A DNA stretch of 64,000 bases, from positions 1 to 64,000 of IMG/VR virus record IMGVR_UViG_3300041411_000102; one strand, written 5' to 3'. This document shows positions 47,145-55,564 of the stretch, piece by piece; position 1 is the first letter of the stretch; each line of letters starts with the position of its first letter. A model generated the notes under the pieces. The model did not search any database. It had not been told where the DNA came from and worked only from the letters and a program-made list of their open reading frames with translations. The DNA comes from a virus (Duplodnaviria > Heunggongvirae > Uroviricota > Caudoviricetes). The position numbers were made by a program, and so were the translations under genes.

Positions 47145-47444
47145 ATGAGAAATGACATGAAAAACACCTACAGTTTCCTGACTCTTGAATTGACTTTCAT
47201 CGGTCTTGGTGTTCCCTTCCTGAGTGACAAAGCAAAAGAAATCATTGCTAACATGCCTATTGAGCACGCCAAAGCTATCAACAAGGAGGCTTGGAGGCAA
47301 CGTAAACAGGCTAACCGCATAGCTAATAGACACTGCAACTGGAGCCAATCAGGTAACATAAGCACCTATGAGAACGCTGCACAACACTCGATGGTGGCTG
47401 AAGAGGTTTGTAAAGAGACTTATAAAAGAATGCTTAAGGGTTGA
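47145..47444 (+). CDS. Hypothetical protein
   Basis: Tracked ORF. Confidence 0.5.
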   Translation: MRNDMKNTYSFLTLELTFIGLGVPFLSDKAKEIIANMPIEHAKAINKEAWRQRKQANRIANRHCNWSQSGNISTYENAAQHSMVAEEVCKETYKRMLKG

Positions 47445-47450
47445 GAATAT

Positions 47451-47476
47451 AGCCCTCTTCGGAGGGTTTTCTTTTG
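47451..47476 (+). terminator. Rho-independent terminator
   Basis: GCCCTC-ttcg-GAGGGT followed by TTTCTTTTG. Confidence 0.75.
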
Positions 47477-47499
47477 TCTGAAAATAAGTGAAATTATTC

Positions 47500-47527
47500 C
47501 TTGACCTACACCCTCAGTCTGCTAAAC
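47500..47527 (+). promoter_or_regulatory. Promoter TTGACC-N16-TAAACT
   Basis: Follows a terminator. Same -10 as at 43770. Confidence 0.35.
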
Positions 47528-47576
47528 TATAAACAGAAGGAAGGGAAAGCTCTTCCAAACAAACAGGGTCAAGACC

Positions 47577-47723
47577 ATGAAAACCATCATCAAGCTGTTT
47601 GCAATGTCTCATAAAATCCCTGTTGCAATCCGTAGTAATGATGCTATGATGTTCTACAAGCAAGTGGCAAAGATTCATGGGATGAGGTTGGAGCATAGTT
47701 TTTATGGTTTTGTATTAGTGTAA
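47577..47723 (+). CDS. 48 aa small protein
   Basis: Plus-strand ORF preferred over the antisense tracked ORF 47514..47696. Confidence 0.35.
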   Translation: MKTIIKLFAMSHKIPVAIRSNDAMMFYKQVAKIHGMRLEHSFYGFVLV

Positions 47724-47766
47724 GACTCAACCAAGATTGATACATTCTCAAATAAGGAAGATTCTC

Positions 47767-47955
47767 ATGTATACCATTCTCTTGTACGTCGCTTTGTGTT
47801 CATCTCCTAATGTCTGTGATGCCTATCAGCCAGCCTCTTGGTCTGTTAGCACACAACAAGAAGAGAATGAAGCCTTTGACCAATGTGCTAAGCTTGAACG
47901 TAAGTATATGGGTAAGAAAGGATATAAAGAATCTGATTGCTACATTGCTGAGTAA
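47767..47955 (+). CDS. Small secreted Cys-containing protein
   Basis: AAGGAAG RBS. Signal-like 'MYTILLYVALCSSPNVCDA'. Confidence 0.45.
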   Translation: MYTILLYVALCSSPNVCDAYQPASWSVSTQQEENEAFDQCAKLERKYMGKKGYKESDCYIAE

Positions 47956-48036
47956 TAAATCAAAATAATGTTTGCAAAAGATTTGTACAGGGTCTAGAAT
48001 TACCCTAATGAAACAAAACACACAGGGACACAGAAA

Positions 48037-48285
48037 ATGACTACTCAAACCAAAGACTTCTCCTACTTTGATCAAGGCTTGTTCACCATGTTCATTCCTA
48101 ACACTAAAGAGGCTGAACAGGCTTGGAATGAGATGTCTGACATTACTCAAGGCACTGGTAAGGTGCCAACTGTACAGGCTAAACAGTTTATTTATCAACT
48201 GAAGAAAGCAGGTTACACAGTATCAAAAGGTAAGAAGCCTTCTATCTCAATTGATGACATTCTTCTTGACGAATTGTTTAATTAA
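48037..48285 (+). CDS. Hypothetical protein
   Basis: Tracked ORF. Confidence 0.5.
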   Translation: MTTQTKDFSYFDQGLFTMFIPNTKEAEQAWNEMSDITQGTGKVPTVQAKQFIYQLKKAGYTVSKGKKPSISIDDILLDELFN

Positions 48286-48296
48286 GGAATACAGCC

Positions 48297-48449
48297 ATGA
48301 TCATCTCCCTGATAGCTTTCTACAAAATCTTTCTTCAAGACAGCCAACCAATTAAAAATAAGCCTCTGTATCATAGAACATGGAAAGACGAAGTGGAAGG
48401 CTATCCAGCCTCTAGCTATGCTAAGAGCTTGGAGATGGTTGTCCACTAA
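48297..48449 (+). CDS. 50 aa small protein
   Basis: AAGGAA RBS. Translated by hand. Confidence 0.35.
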   Translation: MIISLIAFYKIFLQDSQPIKNKPLYHRTWKDEVEGYPASSYAKSLEMVVH

Positions 48450-48562
48450 AGTGGTTCATTGAAAATAATTGATAAATTTCTTTAGAAAACAGCTTGCGTA
48501 ATGTCTGACAGTGGTCTATTCTCTTAATACAGAGAACGAAACACATCTAGGAGTAACAGATC

Positions 48563-48838
48563 ATGACTTCCATTCAAAACCGCTTTCAAGTCTTCTCCCA
48601 CAACAATGGCAAGCTGGTGGTTGTAGCTCAGTTCCAAGTTCATCAGTACAAAGAAGCTATCGAGTGCTGTGAAGCTCAGAAAGAACTTCTGACTATCATG
48701 GGGTCAACATTCTCCCCTTTCGTCAGTGACATGAATAACCGTGGAATGATCGTTGCAGAAGCCGGTAAAGGTGATCTTGATAAGTGGAACACAGCAAACA
48801 AAGGTAACTTTCTTGCAGGTTATCACCTGACCAAATAA
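48563..48838 (+). CDS. Hypothetical protein
   Basis: TAGGAG RBS. Confidence 0.5.
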   Translation: MTSIQNRFQVFSHNNGKLVVVAQFQVHQYKEAIECCEAQKELLTIMGSTFSPFVSDMNNRGMIVAEAGKGDLDKWNTANKGNFLAGYHLTK

Positions 48839-48879
48839 TCTAATATAGAGCCCCTAACGGGGCTCGTGGAGTAACAGAA

Positions 48880-49044
48880 ATGAGCTATGAAAAGAATCCA
48901 ATCATCATCCCTTTCCTGAAAGTTATCAATGGTATTCAATTAGTGATGTGGGACTATTCAGAACGTGCAGAAGTGTACGAACAGTTTATTATGATGGGGG
49001 ATGAGTATGCAGAATATACGCCTGTTAGGTTTGAAGCGCTTTAA
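48880..49044 (+). CDS. 54 aa small protein
   Basis: GGAG RBS. Translated by hand. Confidence 0.4.
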   Translation: MSYEKNPIIIPFLKVINGIQLVMWDYSERAEVYEQFIMMGDEYAEYTPVRFEAL

Positions 49045-49072
49045 TTACGCTCGGAGTATAATAGAACATCTT

Positions 49073-49100
49073 AGCCCTTCATTTGAAGGGCTTTATTGTG
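49073..49100 (+). terminator. Rho-independent terminator
   Basis: AGCCCTTC-atttg-GAAGGGCT followed by TTATTGTG. Confidence 0.6.
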
Positions 49101-49200
49101 CCTGAAATAAATGTATTTAATTGAAAATAAAGCTTTACGGGGCAGATGAATCTGGATAGAATGGACACATCAGAACGAAACATTAATTAGGAAGAAGATC

Positions 49201-49380
49201 ATGAAAGACCAAATTGCTAAAGAACTTAACCTTATAGGTCTTGAAGAACACATTCAAATCATTCGTGTACAAGACAGTGAGGTTGACTTTGTTGTCAATG
49301 GATCTACCCACTACTATGCTAAGACTAACAAGGCTGGTACAAAGATCCTTAAGAATTCTATCCGCAGGAACTTCTCATGA
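49201..49380 (+). CDS. 59 aa small protein
   Basis: AGGAAG RBS. ATGA-coupled to the next ORF. Confidence 0.4.
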   Translation: MKDQIAKELNLIGLEEHIQIIRVQDSEVDFVVNGSTHYYAKTNKAGTKILKNSIRRNFS

Positions 49381-49526
49381 TCATAGGTATTAGCAACGGA
49401 AAGCAATACACCCTTTACAAGTATGATGGTCTGTCAGGCTTGTGTGACCTTGCAGAGTACAGTTTCCCTCAATGGTGTAGGTTTGAAAAGATCTATGTTG
49501 ATGGTGTATTAATGGAATCTGAATAA
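49377..49526 (+). CDS. 49 aa small protein, the last gene of the plus block
   Basis: ATGA coupling. Confidence 0.4.
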   Translation: MIIGISNGKQYTLYKYDGLSGLCDLAEYSFPQWCRFEKIYVDGVLMESE

Positions 49527-49547
49527 ACATCCTAGCAGGTTATTATA

Positions 49548-49568
49548 ACGTCCCACATTGTGGGACGT
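49548..49568 (+). terminator. Hairpin at the end of the plus block
   Basis: Perfect 8 bp stem ACGTCCCA-cattg-TGGGACGT with weak T-richness after it. Confidence 0.45.
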
Positions 49569-50246
49569 AGTTGTTCCTAGTCACTGGAAAGACTCTCACA
49601 ATCTCCTTTCAAATCTCTAGCCTGTAAAATCCCCTCTAAGCCTTATCAGTTCTAGTGTACACATGTACTCTCAGTTGGTGATAAGTGGCTAATAGTCCTC
49701 TGTCAAGCAATGGGCGAGACATCTCTGATGTTAAGCCTGATGTCGAATCCCTCCAACTTCCCCTGTAACGATTCCTTTCCACCCATCCCAACCACCAGCT
49801 CTTAGCCAATCCTTTCACACAATCCTCACAATACATTGACTTAAGCTAGTGAAGTGTGCTAGTTGTGCAACACAGATTATTATGGTTGACATACACCGGT
49901 CAGTATGAGTGGCTAGAGGTACATGACAGGTTATTGATAGCTAGTGTGTATGAGGTAACATTTAACGAATATCCGATTATACGCAATGTGAATTATGGTA
50001 ACGCTCAGTGATGAGTAATAACTATCGATCAGTGACTTGGCACAAGGTATGCATAGACTACTTGCTAGTTGTTTAATACTATTAGACTAGGAGTGATGAT
50101 AGATAGAATTGTCTGGATATTTTAACGGCTATGTGATAGATAGGGTGACGGGGTAGTCACGAGTTAAGCACCCAATATCGATATCCAGTTGTTTTGAAAG
50201 TATGAACCCTTATAAATAAAGGCTTTCAGATATTCTAGGCACAGAA
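49569..50246. repeat. Large non-coding region with short direct repeats and a 90 nt G-poor tract rich in C and T
   Basis: No credible ORF on either strand. 'TGATAGATAG' occurs twice, 'AGTGATGA' three times, and (C)TAGTG five times. 49741-49830 has almost no G on the + strand. Confidence 0.5.
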
Positions 50247-50282
50247 AAATAGGAGTCACTAATGAAAGCTGACTCCTAAAAA
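50247..50282. terminator. Bidirectional terminator closing the minus block D
   Basis: aaaaat-AGGAGTCA-loop11-TGACTCCT-aaaaat. Confidence 0.7.
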
Positions 50283-50297
50283 TAGGGGGTTGGAAAT

Positions 50298-50861
50298 TTA
50301 CACTGTTGGAAGAAGGTGTTTCCAAGTAAAGCCATCAAGGATATTACGAATACAACCCTCACTTACACCATAAGTTTCTCTTAGTTTCTTTCTAGTACCA
50401 TGTTCATTAGCTGCATACAGTCTACGAATCTCTATTACTTGAACTTCTGTAAGCTTTGATAGGTGATGTGTCTCACCGGATGGTGTAGGAAGTCTGTTAC
50501 CTATCTTTGGATTCTTCCAATAGTGTTCTTTATTCTCCTTCTGTGTAACCCACTCTAAATTAGACATCTTGTTATTTGTTGTGTCTAGGTCTTTATGATT
50601 CACTTCCAGTTCATCCATCATAGGATTAGGTTGAAAGGTCAGCATGACTAATCTATGTACAAGTAGTGACTTACGCTTTCTAGGTTCAGGATAAAGCTGT
50701 ACTAGAATATAACCTGTTGTGTTAGGGCTACCTTTAAGGATTATTTCTTCTCGTCTGTAAGCCTTTACTAAACTCTTAACGCGTCCCATGTTACTAACTT
50801 GGTAGCCGGGATACCCTTCAATGTCTCTCCATATTTCTTCTTGAATCATTTCACACTCCAC
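50298..50861 (-). CDS. HNH homing endonuclease (HNH_3/NUMOD-type)
   Basis: 'HRLVMLTFQPNP...VNHKDLDTTNNKMSNLEWVTQKEN'. Confidence 0.75.
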   Translation of the reverse strand: MECEMIQEEIWRDIEGYPGYQVSNMGRVKSLVKAYRREEIILKGSPNTTGYILVQLYPEPRKRKSLLVHRLVMLTFQPNPMMDELEVNHKDLDTTNNKMSNLEWVTQKENKEHYWKNPKIGNRLPTPSGETHHLSKLTEVQVIEIRRLYAANEHGTRKKLRETYGVSEGCIRNILDGFTWKHLLPTV

Positions 50862-50953
50862 CGCACGTATATAATATTATCAGAAATAAAGTGCACCCTA
50901 GTAAGATGTAGGTGTGCACCGCACTGTTAGTTTAATAGAACATGAAAGTGCAG

Positions 50954-51526
50954 TCAATCAGAGTGACGATCAATCAACCTCTCTACCACCCTCTCATACC
51001 TTGAAAGCCTTGTACTTAAACCTTCTTTGACTAAGTGAGCATTTGATATTTTAACTATCTCATCTAGGATTGCTTTCTTGTCCTGAACTTCTGGGAACAT
51101 ATCAGCGTAATCACGTACAGCTTCTTGTATACGTTCGAAGATAGAGTCTGCAATGCTGTACATAGCTTGTGAGCTTTCAAAAGCTTTGGTGGGACTGATC
51201 CACGAAGGGCGAAAGAGTGAGTTTTTATTCCTATCTCGTGCTTTACGTTTGTATGCACTCATGTAAGTTCCTTTCTTATCAATCAGTTCAGGGTTGTGTT
51301 TCATTACAATCCCAGTTAATTCGTAGTTGGTGCAACCCTCTGGTCTGAGTGCAAGTGCTATAATTTCAATTAGTATTGGGTCATCAGCTTTCTTGTATTC
51401 AACAGTCTTTAGGTTTCGTTTACACCAATCAACACTTACAGCGCCGTCTAAGGCGCTTGATATTTGTGCGTATGTTAACCCCTGCTTTCGCAGGGATACA
51501 GCTTGTTCCTTAATCGTTAGGGTCAT
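50954..51526 (-). CDS. HTH-containing DNA-binding protein
   Basis: N-terminal 'LRKQGLTYAQISSAL'. Confidence 0.45.
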   Translation of the reverse strand: MTLTIKEQAVSLRKQGLTYAQISSALDGAVSVDWCKRNLKTVEYKKADDPILIEIIALALRPEGCTNYELTGIVMKHNPELIDKKGTYMSAYKRKARDRNKNSLFRPSWISPTKAFESSQAMYSIADSIFERIQEAVRDYADMFPEVQDKKAILDEIVKISNAHLVKEGLSTRLSRYERVVERLIDRHSD

Positions 51527-51743
51527 AGCTTGTTATCTCTTCTCCTGTCTCTAAGTCTTCTAGGTAATAATACACATGAGGGTTTTCTTTAATACAACCT
51601 CTAAGGCATTGGCGTGCATCACTAACATCTTCAAAGTAGTCAATCGTACTACCTGTATTTGTTTCAAAGTCTTCCCAGTGTAGCCAGTACCTTTCAATCT
51701 CCACTGTACTTAGAAATTCTTCTTCTGCTAAATGATCTATCAT
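51510..51743 (-). CDS. Hypothetical acidic protein
   Basis: Tracked ORF. Confidence 0.45.
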   Translation of the reverse strand: MIDHLAEEEFLSTVEIERYWLHWEDFETNTGSTIDYFEDVSDARQCLRGCIKENPHVYYYLEDLETGEEITSYDPND

Positions 51744-52312
51744 CAGTTGCTCTCCACAAATTTAATCAATCGTTGTTTATCATCTTCATTGTACAAATTA
51801 AAACAAGGAACGTTATGCTTCTTAGCCAACTCCCAAGCTGTCCTAGTGCCACCTTTCAACTGACCATGTTTATCTACCTGTGCCCAGCAGATAAGAAAGC
51901 TTGAGGGATTATTAAGATTTGACCCCAGTATTTGAAACGTATTACGTGCATGTAGTGCCTTAGCTCCTTTAGAGCACCTGTCCCAAGCTGGGTGTGTCTC
52001 AGAGGCTAGCTTATAGGCTTCCTCTTTCTTGCTCATTCTGTCCAACACTTTGTACCAGTCTTTATAGTATTCATCGTAAGTTGTAAATGAAGCCCAAGGA
52101 ATATAAATCTGTGCAAGGATAGGACAGTTAAAACCATCTGAAGTTTCAGAACCCCACTTCTTAGATCCATCCTCAAATGCTGTGTCTGCACCACCTGCTG
52201 CACCAGAACGTAGAATATAACCTTTCTCACATAATTTATAAGCAATATCTTCCATTAACTTTAGAATATCTTTTGGTGTTTGTCGTGAACCAATACCTGT
52301 GTAGTATTTCAT
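51743..52312 (-). CDS. Rossmann-fold protein, possibly SLOG or DprA/LOG-like
   Basis: 'YTGIGSRQTP...LRSGAAGGADTAFEDG', a glycine-rich nucleotide-binding loop of the DprA/YpsA/LOG type. Confidence 0.35.
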   Translation of the reverse strand: MKYYTGIGSRQTPKDILKLMEDIAYKLCEKGYILRSGAAGGADTAFEDGSKKWGSETSDGFNCPILAQIYIPWASFTTYDEYYKDWYKVLDRMSKKEEAYKLASETHPAWDRCSKGAKALHARNTFQILGSNLNNPSSFLICWAQVDKHGQLKGGTRTAWELAKKHNVPCFNLYNEDDKQRLIKFVESN

Positions 52313-52446
52313 CTATGTCTCTCCTTCGTGGGTAATTCTTCCAAATACTCTAAATCATACTCATAGAACAACTTATTCTCTGACCAATCTTGTTCTTCCC
52401 AGCAATACCATCGTTCTTCGTCCTCATCAATCTCTTCTTGTGTCAC
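52309..52446 (-). CDS. 45 aa acidic small protein with a GTG start
   Basis: GGGGGATAGA RBS. ATGA-coupled to 52312. Confidence 0.3.
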   Translation of the reverse strand: MTQEEIDEDEERWYCWEEQDWSENKLFYEYDLEYLEELPTKERHR

Positions 52447-52449
52447 ACT

Positions 52450-52635
52450 CTATCCCCCCAATTTTGACTCATAGTCAAACACCCACTTATCATAAGCCTC
52501 TACAGGACTACTCCCTACTCCACAAGCTGCCCATACCCACCATTCTCTATCAGATGCTCCATCTTCTGGTTCATTCTCAATTGGTATTTCACAGACATAA
52601 AGCCCTTCTGGTGTTTTAAGGATTATTGGTTTCAC
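52450..52635 (-). CDS. Hypothetical protein
   Basis: Tracked ORF. Confidence 0.45.
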   Translation of the reverse strand: MKPIILKTPEGLYVCEIPIENEPEDGASDREWWVWAACGVGSSPVEAYDKWVFDYESKLGG

Positions 52636-53048
52636 TAGCCAACCCTCGTAATATAAACCTTATCCACATCCATCCAAGCATATAACTCAAAGGACTCCCC
52701 TAAAATATCTTTGCACTTATCTACTAAGTCTTGACTGATGTTAGTATCCAAAACAATATTCTTTGGAATTCTATTGTGCCCACAACAAGCTCCATGTGTC
52801 ACAATACCAGCTTTCCATAGTGCCTTAACATCTTTTACAATGCAAGCATCAACACAGACAGTTTCACGTCTGATAATTGGAAGTAATTCTTTAGGAACTT
52901 CTAAGACAACTTCAGGATCTTCTCCTACGCACCAATTGTAGCTATAGCAATTACAAGTCATTCCAAACCCTCCCACTAACATGACCTTGATGGTACATCT
53001 CCCAAGCATCTTCTGTGCGCTTATCAGCATAGAAGAAACTGTATTCAC
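52635..53048 (-). CDS. Cys-rich hypothetical protein
   Basis: 'VCVDACIVKD...THGACCGH'. Confidence 0.45.
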   Translation of the reverse strand: MNTVSSMLISAQKMLGRCTIKVMLVGGFGMTCNCYSYNWCVGEDPEVVLEVPKELLPIIRRETVCVDACIVKDVKALWKAGIVTHGACCGHNRIPKNIVLDTNISQDLVDKCKDILGESFELYAWMDVDKVYITRVG

Positions 53049-53157
53049 TATCTCGTGTTATATCATATCCTCTACGAACAGCATAGTATTCAAACTCTTC
53101 TTTGGTTTGCTGTTCAAACAGATCCCAACCATCTTCATTGCAGCCGTTAGATTTCAT
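52951..53157 (-). CDS. Hypothetical protein
   Basis: Tracked ORF. It overlaps 52635..53048 and one of the two may have the wrong start. Confidence 0.35.
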   Translation of the reverse strand: MKSNGCNEDGWDLFEQQTKEEFEYYAVRRGYDITRDSEYSFFYADKRTEDAWEMYHQGHVSGRVWNDL

Positions 53158-53291
53158 TCTAGAAATCCTCCACCTTTGTACGTATCAACCTTACCAGCCT
53201 TCTTGATACGCCTTTCAGCTTCTTTCAAAGCAGCTCGATAATCCCAACCTTCATATTTATGCAAGTATTCTGCAATTTCTCTAGAGTTCAT
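53154..53291 (-). CDS. 45 aa small protein
   Basis: GAGGAGGAAAT RBS. ATGA-coupled. Confidence 0.4.
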   Translation of the reverse strand: MNSREIAEYLHKYEGWDYRAALKEAERRIKKAGKVDTYKGGGFLE

Positions 53292-53300
53292 ATTTCCTCC

Positions 53301-53558
53301 TCAACACCAAGCCGAACATTTCTCACATGGGCACGATAAACCCATAGGCTTATATCGATCTTCTACAGGAATACTGTCCCACAGACATTTTGTATCAGGA
53401 ATATTCCCAATCTGCCTACTACGAAACTTACTAATATCCCCATTTGTAAAAGGATACTGGCTTTGCTTGTATCGTGCAATAGATTCTTCCAATTCTTTCC
53501 TAATCTCTTTCAGTTGATCTTCTATTGACTGAAATCTTTCTTCAATTGTTTGGTTCAT
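53301..53558 (-). CDS. Hypothetical protein
   Basis: Tracked ORF with a C-terminal 'CPCEKCSAWC'. Confidence 0.45.
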   Translation of the reverse strand: MNQTIEERFQSIEDQLKEIRKELEESIARYKQSQYPFTNGDISKFRSRQIGNIPDTKCLWDSIPVEDRYKPMGLSCPCEKCSAWC

Positions 53559-53740
53559 TTCTCGCTCAACTCATCAAGAGCATCTTTATATTTCTCAAAC
53601 ATGATATCAAATGCCTGTTCTAGTGTAAGATTATTTGGATTAGCCAATGCAGGTTTCCTGGACGACGCAGTAGGAGCTTTTGGTCTAGTGATTCCATCAG
53701 GCATTGGTGTTGGTTGTTTTGCTGTCATGATTTCTCTCAT
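53555..53740 (-). CDS. Hypothetical protein
   Basis: ATGA coupling. Confidence 0.4.
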   Translation of the reverse strand: MREIMTAKQPTPMPDGITRPKAPTASSRKPALANPNNLTLEQAFDIMFEKYKDALDELSEK

Positions 53741-53814
53741 GTACTTTAATCAAGAAAGACAAATACATTCTGTCCTCGTATTTGGTGCAATGTTTTAAGG
53801 CTAGCTGTAGTCCT

Positions 53815-53997
53815 TCAATCATTATTTTCTCCTAAAAACTCTTCAATCAAATCATTTATATTAATAAATCTATAATTGACATAGCTGTTAGCTGCAAATT
53901 CATCAGGGAACTCTACGACAGCACACTTATGCTTATCGCTAATCCAGCAGATGAAGTCCTTGATCATTTCTCTGTCATGGGAATATTCTTTGGTCAT
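53815..53997 (-). CDS. Hypothetical protein
   Basis: Tracked ORF. Confidence 0.4.
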   Translation of the reverse strand: MTKEYSHDREMIKDFICWISDKHKCAVVEFPDEFAANSYVNYRFININDLIEEFLGENND

Positions 53998-54042
53998 TGT
54001 CTACTCTCCAGTAAGTTTCACTTTATGTATCTTTGTGCTGAG

Positions 54043-54219
54043 TTATGGACGACTCTCCGAAGCAATAATAGCTAAGATACCAATTGGTGCTGTTACAGGC
54101 CAGATAAGGCATAGAGGAATATCTTGTCTCCAAGGATATTTCATTCCTCTGATATAACAAGCTGTAGCATTGGTGTAGACAAATATAAGTGAAACGATAA
54201 GATATATAAGAACTAACAT
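54043..54219 (-). CDS. Small membrane protein with two TM helices
   Basis: ATG at 54219 (MLVLIYLIVSLIF). Confidence 0.4.
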   Translation of the reverse strand: MLVLIYLIVSLIFVYTNATACYIRGMKYPWRQDIPLCLIWPVTAPIGILAIIASESRP

Positions 54220-54220
54220 T

Positions 54221-54681
54221 TTATTTAATCTCCAATTTGTTTTCAAAGTACTTACTGTATTGAGCAACTGTTTTTACATAAACATCCAGCTCATCAGAAC
54301 GAATCCATCGAGCAACGGTTGATGTATATGTGTACCAAGAGTTCTTCAGGTATGTCCTGTCTTTTGTTTTCAGCACCCTCATTGAGAATTTACTAGCCTT
54401 AGCTTCTTCCTCTATTCTTACAAATACATCATAGTAGCCCCATATTGAAGACGACTAAACCAACTTGCTTTAAAATATTTCCTCTTAAACCCTAAACTCC
54501 TTTCTGCAACCATGTGCCCCACTTCGTGATAAAGTGTTTCGTAGAAGTGCTTTTGGAACAAACTAACGCAGATAATCCTCTCTTCAGGTACAATCCACCC
54601 TTCGTCTCCAAGGAGTTTCAGGTGGTATTGTAAGTCGTATTTCTTGCATACATATCTGAGAGCTAAAATTCTTTTAATCAT
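54221..54681 (-). pseudogene. HExxH (ImmA/IrrE or SprT-like) zinc metallopeptidase split across two frames
   Basis: The 87 aa ORF 54418..54681 carries 'YHEVGHMVAE'. An open reading frame continues in the -1 frame from about 54460 to 54221. Reads as a frameshift, either programmed or a sequencing error. Confidence 0.35.
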
Positions 54682-54725
54682 GATAACCTCCTAAAATGTT
54701 TGTAGGTAGTTTTATACCCTTATAA

Positions 54726-54754
54726 GAAGGATAACACCCTCAGGCATACTATGC
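54726..54754 (-). promoter_or_regulatory. Minus-strand promoter TTGCAT-N17-TATCCT
   Basis: Reverse complement of 54726-54754. Third copy of this hexamer pair, placed intergenic upstream of the HExxH gene. Confidence 0.4.
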
Positions 54755-54812
54755 AAGCTCTTTTCACTGAACGCAGCTATTTATAGTGAAAATCTTCGGT
54801 AAAAGTGCCTTT

Positions 54813-55196
54813 TCAATCGATTTTCTCAGGGTATTTGTAATCGTTTGTTTTGTAGTCGTGGTGAAACTCTAAAATCAGACCTACAAAGGCCCAGCAAGGG
54901 TATGTTTTATTCGCTGAAACTAGTTGCTTTAAAGTAGAGAATCCAGTTGATTCAAGAAACGTGCTGATTTCTAGTCCGAGCTTTTTACATGTACGCTTCA
55001 GATACTTAAGTTCAGTTGCTGGAACGTGGCGTTGTGGGAAACGTACACCATATTCTGACCCAAGTGCTCGCCACACTGGTTCATCAGCGAAATCATCTTT
55101 TAGATTAGCTTTTGCCCACTCTTGGTCTGCAATCCTCTTAAGTCGAACAGCTTCACGTTGTTCTTGACTCATTGGTGTAAAAGTTGGGTTACTCAT
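54813..55196 (-). CDS. Hypothetical protein
   Basis: ATG at 55196 follows an AAGGAGAAACAAG RBS. The tracked start is 55220. Confidence 0.5.
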   Translation of the reverse strand: MSNPTFTPMSQEQREAVRLKRIADQEWAKANLKDDFADEPVWRALGSEYGVRFPQRHVPATELKYLKRTCKKLGLEISTFLESTGFSTLKQLVSANKTYPCWAFVGLILEFHHDYKTNDYKYPEKID

Positions 55197-55341
55197 CTTG
55201 TTTCTCCTTCTTATGGTCACGAGGGCAGGTGAAGTCCCGCTTGTGTCCTATAAATGTTCCACCACATAGTGTGCAAGTACAGAAATAGTTTCCCGTACTA
55301 CCATCTTCATATTTCTTTGTTGGCACATCTTTAAAGTTCAT
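55189..55341 (-). CDS. 50 aa Cys-rich small protein
   Basis: AAGGAGATAGAAA RBS. 'CTCTLCGG...CPRDH'. Confidence 0.4.
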   Translation of the reverse strand: MNFKDVPTKKYEDGSTGNYFCTCTLCGGTFIGHKRDFTCPRDHKKEKQDE

Positions 55342-55564
55342 TTTCTATCTCCTTCAATTTAAGCCGTCGTTCTAAGTTAATCACGTATTCAAAATGCTTT
55401 TCCATATAACTTGACAGTCTGAAATCTTCAGACAACCTCTTTTCCTTATACTCTTTGAAAGCTATGAAGTCTGGCTCAGCACCTAATGCAAATTCTGCTT
55501 CCCAAGCTAGACGTTGTTTAACTAACCCTACCACTATCTTTCTCCCAAATATTATTGTAAGCAC
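55331..55564 (-). CDS. Hypothetical protein
   Basis: Tracked ORF. Confidence 0.45.
   Translation of the reverse strand: MLTIIFGRKIVVGLVKQRLAWEAEFALGAEPDFIAFKEYKEKRLSEDFRLSSYMEKHFEYVINLERRLKLKEIENEL

Noticed and set aside
47514-47696. Minus-strand 60 aa ORF in the plus early block
   Set aside because: All its neighbours are plus-strand genes. A plus-strand 48 aa ORF with a promoter-like element upstream occupies the same DNA, so the minus ORF is probably spurious.
49636-49836. 66 aa minus-strand ORF in the non-coding convergence region
   Set aside because: It lies across the G-free tract and repeat region, has no RBS and sits outside both operons, so I regard it as non-coding. I also looked for a tRNA here, with T-loop-like 'GTCGAATCC' at 49743 and D-loop-like 'AGTGGCTAGAGG' at 49905, but could not build a cloverleaf.
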